A stretch of DNA of 64,000 nucleotides, from the NCBI GenBank assembly GCA_040879385.1, contig JBBDKM010000057.1:4838-68837 (forward strand), given 5' to 3'. Under the pieces are notes generated by a model. That model made no database searches. It saw nothing but the letters and a program-made list of their open reading frames with translations, and was not told where the DNA came from. Each line of letters starts with the position of its first letter. The first letter of the stretch is position 1. Source of the stretch: Thermoanaerobaculia bacterium (GTDB lineage: Bacteria; Acidobacteriota; Thermoanaerobaculia; UBA5066; Gp7-AA6). Below are positions 8,169 through 17,341 of this stretch, one piece after another. Both the position numbers and the translations under genes were made by a program.

Positions 8169-9883
8169 GAGCCCGCCCCTCGAAAGGCCACGAAGACCTC
8201 GGCCCCCGTGACCCGAACCGGGCGCCGGGCGTAGTGCTCCTCGATCCAGGTGCGCGTCCGCTGCCCGTATCCCTGTCCGAAGAATCCACGCCCGTACTCG
8301 CCCGCCGGTCGTTTCACGATGACGATGACGGCCGGCCGCGCGCGCTCCAACTCCCCGATGAAGTCGCTCTCGTTCGACTCCGTCAGGTAGCCCGGGATCG
8401 AGATCTTGCGTCGCATCGGATTCGGGCGTCCGGCGAGAAAATTGACGACGCCGCCTTCGGGAATCACGACGAGCCCATCGCCCTCTCGTGTCTCCGCGCG
8501 CACCGCCGCGGCCACCGTCGTCAGCTCACCGGCCGTCGACGGGAGCGCGGACAGCATGCCGCCGGTTCCCGGCACTGGCACGCGGTCATCGGCGGCGTAC
8601 TGCATCGTCCGACCCAGGAAGGAGATGGCGATGAGAGTAGCGAGCGCACCGTCCAGGGCCGCCCGGAACCGGACGCGCACGAGCCGCTTCGTCTCCCCAG
8701 CCACGAGGACCCGCAGCAAGCCGGCCGCACACACGATGGCAATCAGGAGAGGCGGCGCCACGTAACCCGCGTCGGCGATGTGAAAGAGCCTTCGATGAGA
8801 AGCCAGCAATCCCAGGCACCCGAAGGCAACCAGGGCCGCGGCTCGCGGGCCTCGCCGCCGGACCAGGCCGGCCCCCAGGGCCAGGAGACAGAACGACGGC
8901 GCCGCGCTGAAGACGACGGCGCCCGACCCGGCACCGACCGCCGCGAGAATCAGGAGGCCCAAGAGAACGACCACCAGCCGCCGGAGCCAGCGCGCGGCCT
9001 CTGCCGGATGGGTGCCACGGGCGGCGAGCGCCCCGGCGAGCGAGATCGCGCCGATCCAGAGCGCGGTCGAGTACAAGAGAAGCGGAATGCCGTCGCGCCA
9101 ACCCCGGAAGACCGACAGCACCGACCCGACCGGCGTCTCCGCGGGGATCCCGACCAGCAACACGGGCGCCTCCCGCAGGAGTGCCGCCGGACCGGCAGCC
9201 GCAGCGAACCCTCCCAGCGTTGCGGCGAACGCCAGTGCGGCCACCCCCGCGATCCGGAGGGCCTCTCGGCGGAAGCCGCCGCGGGACCGGAGCCGGACCC
9301 ACACGGCCGCGAGCACCGACACGAGGGCGATCACGCCCCATTCGGTGCGGCAGAGTCCCGCAAGGCCGACGCAGACGCCCGCCGCCACATTCCTCCCCAT
9401 CGCGCGCCCGGAGCCGGTCCCCGAGGCGAGCCCGCACGCAACGAGCGCGAAGCCCGCGGGATGCCAGATCCGGTATCCCATGCCCAGGATGGCGCCGCCC
9501 GAGTTGGGCATGAAGACGAGAGTCGGGACGGCCAGCGCGGTCCACAGCGAGGCCCCGCGCCGATCGGTCAGTTGTCGCAAAGCGAAATGCAGGGCCGCCA
9601 GAACACCGCAGGCCCCCGCGGCTCCGGAGAACGCCAACGTCGAAAAGCTCGATCCAAGGAGACGAAAGAAAACCGACTGGAAATACGGCGTGAACGGACC
9701 GAACCAGTACACGACGTCCCGATAGAGCAGCGCGCCGCCCGCCAGGGCATCCGCATACAGCCACTCTGTGCCGGAATCGATGAGCGCATCGGACCACTTG
9801 CCGCGGGAAACGAGGAAGAGCGCGGCGGTCGCGGCCGCCGCTGCGCAGACGAAAACGGCCGCCGCCGTCCGCCCGCGCCTCAC
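8165..9883 (-). CDS. Polytopic membrane protein, putative GT-C-fold glycosyltransferase (paralog 2 of 6417..8168)
   Basis: Similar in size and architecture to the downstream gene: GALLYRDVVYWFGPFTPYFQSVFF loop and C-terminal VIVIVKRPAGEYGRGFFGQGYG...TWIEEHY. GTG at 9883 overlaps the kynU stop (GTGA). The 1010-aa track ORF is an over-extension through kynU in another frame. Confidence 0.5.
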   Translation of the reverse strand: MRRGRTAAAVFVCAAAAATAALFLVSRGKWSDALIDSGTEWLYADALAGGALLYRDVVYWFGPFTPYFQSVFFRLLGSSFSTLAFSGAAGACGVLAALHFALRQLTDRRGASLWTALAVPTLVFMPNSGGAILGMGYRIWHPAGFALVACGLASGTGSGRAMGRNVAAGVCVGLAGLCRTEWGVIALVSVLAAVWVRLRSRGGFRREALRIAGVAALAFAATLGGFAAAAGPAALLREAPVLLVGIPAETPVGSVLSVFRGWRDGIPLLLYSTALWIGAISLAGALAARGTHPAEAARWLRRLVVVLLGLLILAAVGAGSGAVVFSAAPSFCLLALGAGLVRRRGPRAAALVAFGCLGLLASHRRLFHIADAGYVAPPLLIAIVCAAGLLRVLVAGETKRLVRVRFRAALDGALATLIAISFLGRTMQYAADDRVPVPGTGGMLSALPSTAGELTTVAAAVRAETREGDGLVVIPEGGVVNFLAGRPNPMRRKISIPGYLTESNESDFIGELERARPAVIVIVKRPAGEYGRGFFGQGYGQRTRTWIEEHYARRPVRVTGAEVFVAFRGAGS

Positions 9884-11082
9884 GTCACCACGGCCGGCCG
9901 GTCGAGCCAGCGGCGCCAGGCTCCGGTAGCGCGGATCTCGTCGATCGCCGCGAACGCCCGGTCGAGCTCGGCGTCCTCCGTGTAGAAGTGCGGGGCCATG
10001 CGAATCCCGACTCCCGGCCGGTAGTCCACGACGACGTCCCGAGCGTTCAACTCGCGCGAGACCTCGAGCGCATTGTCGAAATCGACCGAGGCCGTGCCGG
10101 CCCGGCGGCGCGGGTCGCGAGGCGTCGAGGAACGGAAGCCGCGCGCCTCGGCGAGCGCGATCAGCCGTCCGGTCTGCCGAAGCGATTTCTCGCGAATCGC
10201 CTCGAGGCCCGCCCGCCGCACGATGCGCGGGCCCTCGCGAGCCGCGTAGAGAGCGGGCACCGCCGGCGTGCCGAGAAGAAAACGGAAGGCGTCCTGGCGG
10301 TAGCGCATGGGAGGCGCCTCGAAGGAGAACGGGGCCGGATGGGCCATCCAGCCGGTCAGCGCCGGCGTCAGGCGGGCTCGCAGCTCCGGACGCACATAGA
10401 GGAACGCGCCTCCGGGGCCGCCGCAGAGCCACTTCAGGACGCCGCCGACGAGGACATCCGCGCCGAGCGCCTCGACGTCCACGGGCAGCGTCCCGACCGA
10501 CTGATACGCGTCGAGCGCGAAGAGGGAGCCTGCCCGGCGGCACTTTTCGGCTATCGCCGCCGCATCGAGGACGAAGGCGCTCTTGAAGAGGACGTGCGAA
10601 ACCGCGACGAGCGCCGTCCGGTCGTCGATCGCGTCGCGGATCCGCTCCTCGTCGGCCGAGAGCCCGTCGCCTCCCGGCGAGGGCACGGTCACGACCTCGG
10701 CGCCGAGCCGGCGCCCGAGCGACTCGTAGACGTACCGGATCGAGGGGAATTCTCCCTCGGCCATCACGATGCGATTCCGGGGACCCGAGTAATCGAGACA
10801 CGACATCAGCACGGCCGACGCCGTGGTCACGTTCGGGAGCATCGAGACGGTTCCGGGACTCGCGCCGAAGAGCGGCGCGATCTCGTCCCCCACGGCGACG
10901 GACATCTCCCACCAGGAGTCCGCCCAGGCGCGCACGCCGCGAGTGGCCCAGGTCCCGGCGTACTCGGCGAGCGCCGCGGCGGCCGCTCGCGGCATCGCTC
11001 CGAGCGAGTTGGAAATGAGGTAGGTCGAGCTTTCGAGGATCGGAAACTCGGAGCGGTGGCGCAGGAGCGGATCGGAGGCCAT
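9880..11082 (-). CDS. kynU: Kynureninase-family PLP-dependent hydrolase
   Basis: DPLLRHRSEFPILESSTYLISNSLGAMP, WWEMSVAVGDEIAPLFGA and VLVGGVLKWLCGGPGGAFLYVRPE (PLP-lysine region) align with bacterial kynureninase (for example the YLDGNSLGARP and CTYKYLNGGPG regions of the Pseudomonas enzyme). Confidence 0.75.
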   Translation of the reverse strand: MASDPLLRHRSEFPILESSTYLISNSLGAMPRAAAAALAEYAGTWATRGVRAWADSWWEMSVAVGDEIAPLFGASPGTVSMLPNVTTASAVLMSCLDYSGPRNRIVMAEGEFPSIRYVYESLGRRLGAEVVTVPSPGGDGLSADEERIRDAIDDRTALVAVSHVLFKSAFVLDAAAIAEKCRRAGSLFALDAYQSVGTLPVDVEALGADVLVGGVLKWLCGGPGGAFLYVRPELRARLTPALTGWMAHPAPFSFEAPPMRYRQDAFRFLLGTPAVPALYAAREGPRIVRRAGLEAIREKSLRQTGRLIALAEARGFRSSTPRDPRRRAGTASVDFDNALEVSRELNARDVVVDYRPGVGIRMAPHFYTEDAELDRAFAAIDEIRATGAWRRWLDRPAVVT

Positions 11083-11271
11083 CAGCGTTCCGCGGCGCGG
11101 ACGGGCTGGCCGTTCTTGTACACGATCCGGCCGCCGGAGACGACGAGCAGAGAGTTGGGGACAGGCGGCGCGCCCGTCCCATCGATGAGTGTGGCACCCC
11201 GGATGGCGATCACCGCGGCCAGGTCGCTCGATCCGCGCAAAGCGGGCACGTTCGGGCGGGCGGGCGAAACG

Positions 11272-12675
11272 CTACTTCGCGTCGAGCGCGTGTTCCTTCT
11301 CGCGCTCCTCGTCCTCGATCTCGACCGGGTAGATGCCGGTGAAGCAGGCCGTGCAGGTCGCCTGCTGCGGCCGGCCGAAGGCTTCGAGCATGCCCTCGAC
11401 GGAGAGGTAGCCGAGTGAATCCGCCTCGATGAACTTGCGGATCTCCTCGACGGACTGGTTGGCCGCGATGAGCTCGCTCCGGGTCGGCGTGTCGATCCCG
11501 TAGTGGCAGGAGTTGACCGTCGGCGGAGAGGAGACGCGCACGTGGACCTCGCGCGCCCCCGCCTCGCGGAGCATCCGGACGATCTTGCGCGACGTCGTCC
11601 CGCGCACGATCGAATCGTCCACGAGAACGATGCGCTTGCCCTCCACGACCTCGCGCACCGGGTTCAGCTTGACCTTGACGCCGAAGTGGCGGATGGCCTG
11701 CTTGGGCTCGATGAAGGTGCGCCCGACGTAGTGATTGCGCACGAGGCCGAGCGTGAACGGGATCCCCGACTCCTCGGCGTAGCCGAGGGCGGGGTACATG
11801 CCGGAGTCCGGCACCGCGACGACGACGTCCGCCTGCGCCGGATGCTCCTTCGCCAGGCGCCGCCCGAAACCCTGCCGCGAGGCCGCGACGCTGCGCCCGA
11901 AGACCATGGAGTCCGGCCGCGCGAAGTAGACGTGCTCGAAAACGCAGGGCGTCGAGACGGGGAAGGCGAACCGGTGCGAGGAGAATCCCTCGCGCGAGAG
12001 TTTGACGATCTCGCCGGCCTCGACGTCCCGCTCGAAGCGCGCGCCGATGAGGTCGAAGGCGCACGTCTCGGAGGCGACCACCGGCGAGCCTTCCCGCACG
12101 CCGAGCGACAGCGGCCGGATCCCGTTGGGGTCGCGCGCGGCGAAGATGCCCTCGCGCGACAGGATCACCAGCGAGTAAGCCCCGCGCACTTCGAGAAGCG
12201 CGTCGGCGATGGCGCCGGTGAGCGTGGGCGCCTGGGAGCGGGCCACCAGGTGAAGGATCACCTCCGAGTCGGAGGTCGTCGTGAACAGCGCGCCTTTCGA
12301 CTCGAGCACCGCCCGGATCTCGCGGGCGTTGACGAGGTTCCCGTTGTGGGCGAGCGCGAGAGGGCCGCGCCCGGTGGCGAAGACGATCGGCTGGGCATTC
12401 TCGAGGAGCGAGGCGCCGGCCGTCGAGTAGCGCACGTGGCCGATCGCGGTCCTGCCGGGGACGCGCGAAAGCCTTGCCTCGTCAAAGACATCCGCGACGT
12501 AGCCCATCTCGCGCTCGACCCGGATCCGGCCCTCGTCGAGCGCGGCGATCCCCGCCGACTCCTGGCCCCGGTGCTGGAGGGCGTAGAGGCCGAGGTAGGC
12601 GAGATTGGCGGCGTCCTCCGAATCGCAGACTCCGAAGACTCCGCATTCGTCGGAGAAGCCACTCCGATTAGCCAT
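11272..12675 (-). CDS. purF: Amidophosphoribosyltransferase
   Basis: Propeptide MANRSGFSDE then catalytic CGVFGV. GATase-II and PRTase domains (VVAVPDSG, IVLVDDSIVRGTTS). C-terminal CxxC iron-sulfur ligands. Confidence 0.95.
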   Translation of the reverse strand: MANRSGFSDECGVFGVCDSEDAANLAYLGLYALQHRGQESAGIAALDEGRIRVEREMGYVADVFDEARLSRVPGRTAIGHVRYSTAGASLLENAQPIVFATGRGPLALAHNGNLVNAREIRAVLESKGALFTTTSDSEVILHLVARSQAPTLTGAIADALLEVRGAYSLVILSREGIFAARDPNGIRPLSLGVREGSPVVASETCAFDLIGARFERDVEAGEIVKLSREGFSSHRFAFPVSTPCVFEHVYFARPDSMVFGRSVAASRQGFGRRLAKEHPAQADVVVAVPDSGMYPALGYAEESGIPFTLGLVRNHYVGRTFIEPKQAIRHFGVKVKLNPVREVVEGKRIVLVDDSIVRGTTSRKIVRMLREAGAREVHVRVSSPPTVNSCHYGIDTPTRSELIAANQSVEEIRKFIEADSLGYLSVEGMLEAFGRPQQATCTACFTGIYPVEIEDEEREKEHALDAK

Positions 12676-12730
12676 TGGAAACCAATCTTAACACTCGAAC
12701 CGCGGGGGTTAATCCCGCGGCGGCGTCCGG

Positions 12731-13585
12731 CTACGCGTCCGGGATCCGCGTCGCCGTTTCGAGGCTCGCGCCTTGCGGAATGCCGGCGAGCCATTCGGGA
12801 TACGGCCAGTCCGACGGCTGCAGAAGCAGATGACAGCGGCCGCGGTTCGCGAGGAGCTCGGGACCGGTCAGCCGCGTCCCCCGCGCGAGGTACCAGGCGA
12901 AGTAGCCGAGCTCATCGCACCAGCGCAGCACGCGGGCGGCGTTCTCGACCATGGGCAGCTCCGGATTCGAGTGCATCTCGACGAGGAAGCGCGTCTGCCG
13001 GCGCCGCGCACAGCCGCGGCCGCCCGCGAGGACCAGCGCCTCGGCGCCCTCCACGTCGACTTTCACGAAGTCGGGGAACAGGCCATAGGTGACCTCGAGC
13101 CGGTCGAGGGTGATCGTGGGAACGTCCATCGAAAGGCCCGCCTTCGCGGCCGATTGCGCATGACCCGGGTACATGCTTCCCGCCGCGCCCGTTCCGACCG
13201 TCCAGAGCCGCACGCGATCGCCCGCGCGGTCCGACACGAAGGCGCAGACGAAGCGCACTCTCTCGGACAGGCGGTTGCGAACGATGTTCTCGGCGGCAAT
13301 GGCAAGAGCCTCGGCGTTCGGCTCGACGAGCAGCAGGTCCGTGACGCCGGGCGACGCGAGCTCCAGGAGGGCCGCCTGCCCCATGTTCGAGCCGACGTCG
13401 AAGATGACCCTCGCGCGCATCGAGCAGGCGAGCAGCCAGGCATCGTCGTAATCGGGGGACTCGCGGACCACCGAGTCTCGCACCACGAGAGGCATTCCGA
13501 GCAGCGTTTCCCTCCGGAGAGGCGCCGGCAGCCGGGCTACCCGGCGCAGAAGACTCGACGCTCTCGAAAGCGGCGTACGGGTCAT
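12731..13585 (-). CDS. FkbM-family methyltransferase
   Basis: VIFDVGSNMGQAAL and KVDVEGAEALVLAGG motifs characteristic of FkbM-domain methyltransferases. Confidence 0.8.
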   Translation of the reverse strand: MTRTPLSRASSLLRRVARLPAPLRRETLLGMPLVVRDSVVRESPDYDDAWLLACSMRARVIFDVGSNMGQAALLELASPGVTDLLLVEPNAEALAIAAENIVRNRLSERVRFVCAFVSDRAGDRVRLWTVGTGAAGSMYPGHAQSAAKAGLSMDVPTITLDRLEVTYGLFPDFVKVDVEGAEALVLAGGRGCARRRQTRFLVEMHSNPELPMVENAARVLRWCDELGYFAWYLARGTRLTGPELLANRGRCHLLLQPSDWPYPEWLAGIPQGASLETATRIPDA

Positions 13586-13683
13586 GCGTCCCCCCTCTTC
13601 TCCGCCGGTCGTAACGGTCCGGGGTCATGCTAGCACTCAACCGTAATCCGCGGACGGCGGCGCTCGTCCAATTCCCCGAGGTG

Positions 13684-15345
13684 ATGATGAAGCTCCCCCG
13701 CTCCCGCTCTCTGCTCGCGCTCGCGGGCGCCGGGGCACTCGCGCTCGCCGGCACGACCGGCGCGCGCACCGATGCGCTGACGCCGCGCGAAGAAGCCCTC
13801 CACGTCCTCAACCGTCTGGGCTTCGGTCCGCGCCCGGGCGACGTCGAGCGCGTCCTCGCGATGGGCCGGGCGAACTGGGTCGCCGCGCAACTCCACCCCG
13901 AGCGAATTTCCGACGCCGCGGTCGAAGGCAAGCTCGCACGCCTCGAGACGCTAACCCTGTCGAACGCCGAGCTCATCGCGCGTTTCGAGGTTCCCTTCCG
14001 CGAGGCGAAGAAGAAGCTCAAGGCCGAGCGGGCCGCCATGGAGAAGGAGGGAGACGAGGGGGCGGCGGACAACGCTCGCGGGTTGCTGCGGAAACTGATC
14101 CCGCCCGAGAGCCGCCCCCGAAGGATCCTCGACGAGCTGACGTCCGCGCGCATCCTGCGGGGCGCCGAGTCAGAGCGGCAGTTCAACGAGGTCCTCGTCG
14201 ACTTCTGGATGAACCACTTCAATGTCTACGCCAACAAGGGGGCCGGCCGCGTGGCGATCACCTCCTTCGAGCGCGACACCATTCGCCCTCGGATCTGGGG
14301 AAAATTCGAGGACCTGCTCCTGGCCACGGCCGCCTCCCCCGCCATGCTGGCGTACCTCGACAACGCGCGCTCGGTGGCCGACGAGGCGCACCGCCCGGCC
14401 GGAATGTCCCGTCCCGGCGCGGACGCGAAGGCGCTGCGGGGCTTAAACGAGAACTACGCCCGCGAGCTCATGGAGCTCCACACTCTCGGCGTCGACGGCG
14501 GATACTCGCAGGCGGACGTCACGGAGCTCGCGCGCCTCCTGACCGGCTGGTCGATTGCGCTCCCCCGCGGCGGCGTCGAAAAGGCGGCGTCCCGGCGGCG
14601 GGCGAAGGAGACGGCGGAGCCCGGCACGTTCGTCTTCCGCGCCCGGCTGCACGACTCGGGCAAGAAGACGCTCCTCGGGACCACGTTTCCGGCCGGCGGA
14701 GGAATGGAGGAAGGAGAACGCGCGATCCGCCTCCTCGCCCGCCAGCCTGCCACCGCCCGGCACATCGCGTACCGGCTTTGCCAGCGCCTCGTGGCCGACG
14801 AGCCGCCGCCGCCGCTCGTGACTCGCGTCGCTCTACGCTTCGAGGCGACCGGAGGGGACCTGCGCGAAACGGTGCGCGCGATCGTCGAGAGCCCCGAGTT
14901 CTTCGATCCGCGGTACTACCGCGCCAAGGTCAAGTCGCCGTTCGAGTACGCGGTCTCGGCGATCCGGGCGGGCGGCGGCTCGACCGACGGGCGCGCCATC
15001 GCGAAGCGGATCGCCGAGATGGGTCAGCCGCTCTATCTCTGCCAGCCGCCGACAGGCTATGAGGACACCGCCCAGGCCTGGGTCAACTCGGGAGCGCTGC
15101 TGGCCCGGTTGAACTTCGCAATCGCTCTGGCGCAGGGGAGGATCCCGGGGACCTCCGCCGGGCCGGCCGCGAAGACGTCTGCGCCCGCACAGGAGCTCGG
15201 GCGGGGCCTCTCGGGCAGCGAGCTGTCGGCCGAGACCCTGGAGACGATTCGACGGCGCGTCGCCGAAGACGATTCGGCGGCTCCCGAGCTCGCGGCCCTC
15301 ACGGCGGGCCTCGTCCTCGGCAGCCCGGAATTTCAGAGGCAGTAG
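13684..15345 (+). CDS. DUF1800 domain protein (secreted)
   Basis: Signal peptide MMKLPRSRSLLALAGAGALALA. VLVDFWMNHFNV and ELHTLGVDGGYSQADV are hallmark DUF1800 stretches. The track ORF begins 19 codons upstream at 13627. Confidence 0.85.
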   Translation: MMKLPRSRSLLALAGAGALALAGTTGARTDALTPREEALHVLNRLGFGPRPGDVERVLAMGRANWVAAQLHPERISDAAVEGKLARLETLTLSNAELIARFEVPFREAKKKLKAERAAMEKEGDEGAADNARGLLRKLIPPESRPRRILDELTSARILRGAESERQFNEVLVDFWMNHFNVYANKGAGRVAITSFERDTIRPRIWGKFEDLLLATAASPAMLAYLDNARSVADEAHRPAGMSRPGADAKALRGLNENYARELMELHTLGVDGGYSQADVTELARLLTGWSIALPRGGVEKAASRRRAKETAEPGTFVFRARLHDSGKKTLLGTTFPAGGGMEEGERAIRLLARQPATARHIAYRLCQRLVADEPPPPLVTRVALRFEATGGDLRETVRAIVESPEFFDPRYYRAKVKSPFEYAVSAIRAGGGSTDGRAIAKRIAEMGQPLYLCQPPTGYEDTAQAWVNSGALLARLNFAIALAQGRIPGTSAGPAAKTSAPAQELGRGLSGSELSAETLETIRRRVAEDDSAAPELAALTAGLVLGSPEFQRQ

Positions 15346-15356
15346 GCAGGACGAAC

Positions 15357-16598
15357 ATGTTCGATCGTCGGATCTTCCTCAAGTCCTCCAGCCTGGCTCT
15401 CATTGGCGGCGGGCTACTGCCCAGCGTCTTCGTCCGCATGGCGCAAGCCGGCGCACCGGGAAGCCGCCGCGTCCTCGTCGCGATCTTTCAGCGGGGCGCC
15501 GTCGACGGCTTGAACGTTCTCGTGCCCTACGGAGAGAAGGCCTACTACGACGCGCGGCCGACGATCGCCGTCCCGCGACCGGGCGCGGCCGGGAAATCGG
15601 CGCTCGATCTCGACGGCTTCTTCGGGCTCCACCCGTCGCTTTCTCCGCTGCTCCCGTTTTTCCGCGACCGGTCGGCGGCCTTCGTCCACGCCGTTGGCAG
15701 CCCGGATGCGACCCGCTCGCATTTCGACGCGCAGGACTTCATGGAGTCCGGCACCCCCGGCGTCAAGTCCACACGGGACGGGTTCCTTTCGCGGGCTCTG
15801 GCCGAAAGCGTCACGAAGGCTTCCCCTCTCCGCGCGGTCGCCATGGCGCCGGCAATGCCGCGGATCCTGGCCGGAGCGTCCGGCGCGATCGCGCTGACGA
15901 GCCTCGAGGGATTCGGCATCCGCGCCGGCGCCGCCAGCGATCCGGCCGCGGAGTCCTTCGAGTCCATGTACGCGGGTGCGGCCGCCGGCGCCCTGCGGGC
16001 CACGGCCAAAGAGTCCTTCGAGGCCGTGCGACTCGTGCGGTCGGCCGACCCCTCGAAGATCTCGGCTGCGAACGGCGCCGACTATCCGCGCGGCCCCCTC
16101 GGACAATCCCTGAAACAGATCGCCCAGCTCGTCAAGGCAGACGTGGGGCTGGAGGTTGCGTTCACCGACGTCGGCGGTTGGGACACGCACGCGGGCGAGG
16201 GCGGCGGCGAGGGGCAGCTTGCCAACCGGTTGCGCGACTTTGGCCTCTCGATCGCGGCGTTCGCGAAGGATCTCGGCTCGAAAATGGCGGACGTCACGCT
16301 CGTCACGATGTCGGAGTTCGGCCGAACGGTGAAGGAGAACGGCAACCGCGGCACGGACCACGGCCACGCCAACGTCATGATGCTCCTCGGCGGAGACGTG
16401 AAAGGCGGAAAGATCTACGGGCGCTGGCCGGGGCTCGACGCCGCGCATCTTTACGAGAACCGCGACGTCGCGGTCACCACCGATTTCCGGGACGTCTTCG
16501 CGGAAGTGCTGGCCAAGCGAGCGGGGGTGGCGGACCTCGAACGAGTCTTTCCGGGTTACGACTGTGACGAAGGCAAGCGTCTGGGGTTGATCGCGTAA
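15357..16598 (+). CDS. DUF1501 domain protein (Tat-signal, sulfatase/phosphatase-like fold)
   Basis: Twin-arginine signal DRRIFLKSSSLALIGGG. DVGGWDTHAGEG and GTDHGHANVMMLLGGDVKGG are typical DUF1501 motifs. Standard DUF1800/DUF1501 gene pair. Confidence 0.85.
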   Translation: MFDRRIFLKSSSLALIGGGLLPSVFVRMAQAGAPGSRRVLVAIFQRGAVDGLNVLVPYGEKAYYDARPTIAVPRPGAAGKSALDLDGFFGLHPSLSPLLPFFRDRSAAFVHAVGSPDATRSHFDAQDFMESGTPGVKSTRDGFLSRALAESVTKASPLRAVAMAPAMPRILAGASGAIALTSLEGFGIRAGAASDPAAESFESMYAGAAAGALRATAKESFEAVRLVRSADPSKISAANGADYPRGPLGQSLKQIAQLVKADVGLEVAFTDVGGWDTHAGEGGGEGQLANRLRDFGLSIAAFAKDLGSKMADVTLVTMSEFGRTVKENGNRGTDHGHANVMMLLGGDVKGGKIYGRWPGLDAAHLYENRDVAVTTDFRDVFAEVLAKRAGVADLERVFPGYDCDEGKRLGLIA

Positions 16599-16855
16599 GG
16601 GCGGCCGTGCACATCACCGACTACGACCTCGCGCCTCCCGCCGAAGAATCCGTTCCCGCTCCCGGGGGATTTTCAACCCAAGCCCCGCTGACGCGACGCC
16701 TGAGCCCCCATCTCCATCGTCTCCTGGCTCGTCTCCGGGTCCTGGCATCCCCGTCGCGCCAACGCCCGGATCGGGCTCAGGTCGCCCTGCGCGAGTCCTC
16801 GGTTCTGAGCTACCGGCGACCCAACGCCGCGCGGTAGGCCGTACGCGGCGCTCAG

Positions 16856-16927
16856 CGCGGCGGCAGGTCAATCAGAACGACGTCGGAGCTCTCGCGGTAG
16901 CGGTCGAAGAGGATCTGCTTGCCGTCA
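16856..16927 (-). pseudogene. Relic of the last ~25 codons of a Ser/Thr-kinase-propeller paralog
   Basis: Minus translation [24 protein letters not shown] compared with the kinase-1 terminus [24 protein letters not shown] (about 85% nt identity across 17777-17850). Abuts the hepT stop codon. Confidence 0.6.
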
Positions 16928-17341
16928 GACGGCCGGCAACCGCTCGCGAATCACGGCAGCAAACTGCAACAGGTCGCCGAGACGGTTGCGCAAGACGTCC
17001 TCGACGACGGCCAGATCGACAGCGTCGTACCCGTGCACGAGAACGTTTCGGAACCCCACCATGTTTCGAAGGGTCCGCGTCAGTTCGGGCGCGATCCAGC
17101 CGCCGCGCTCGAGCAGGTCGAAGAGCTCGCGATTGGTGCGAGGCTCTCCCATCCTTTCGTCAGACACGATGTGGGAAGCCACGTCCAGGGCAGCCTGAAT
17201 CGCAAGCTGGAGAGTGTGCTCGATGAACCGCCGCTCGCGAATGTCCTGGCGGATCCTGTCCGGTTGGGCGAGCGTCCGAAGGTCGCTCACACACGTCTCG
17301 ATCTCCCCGAGCTTCTTCGCGATCAGCTCAGGGTCGGTCAT
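16925..17341 (-). CDS. hepT: HepT-family toxin (DUF86, type VII TA, tRNA-targeting RNase family)
   Basis: RNVLVHGY = Rx4HxY catalytic motif. 138 aa. 4-nt overlap with the upstream nucleotidyltransferase. Confidence 0.85.
   Translation of the reverse strand: MTDPELIAKKLGEIETCVSDLRTLAQPDRIRQDIRERRFIEHTLQLAIQAALDVASHIVSDERMGEPRTNRELFDLLERGGWIAPELTRTLRNMVGFRNVLVHGYDAVDLAVVEDVLRNRLGDLLQFAAVIRERLPAV

Noticed and set aside
8165-11197. 1010-aa minus ORF suggesting a giant membrane protein
   Set aside because: Upstream of 9883 it overlaps the kynureninase gene in another frame and has no protein-like features. The real gene starts at GTG 9883.
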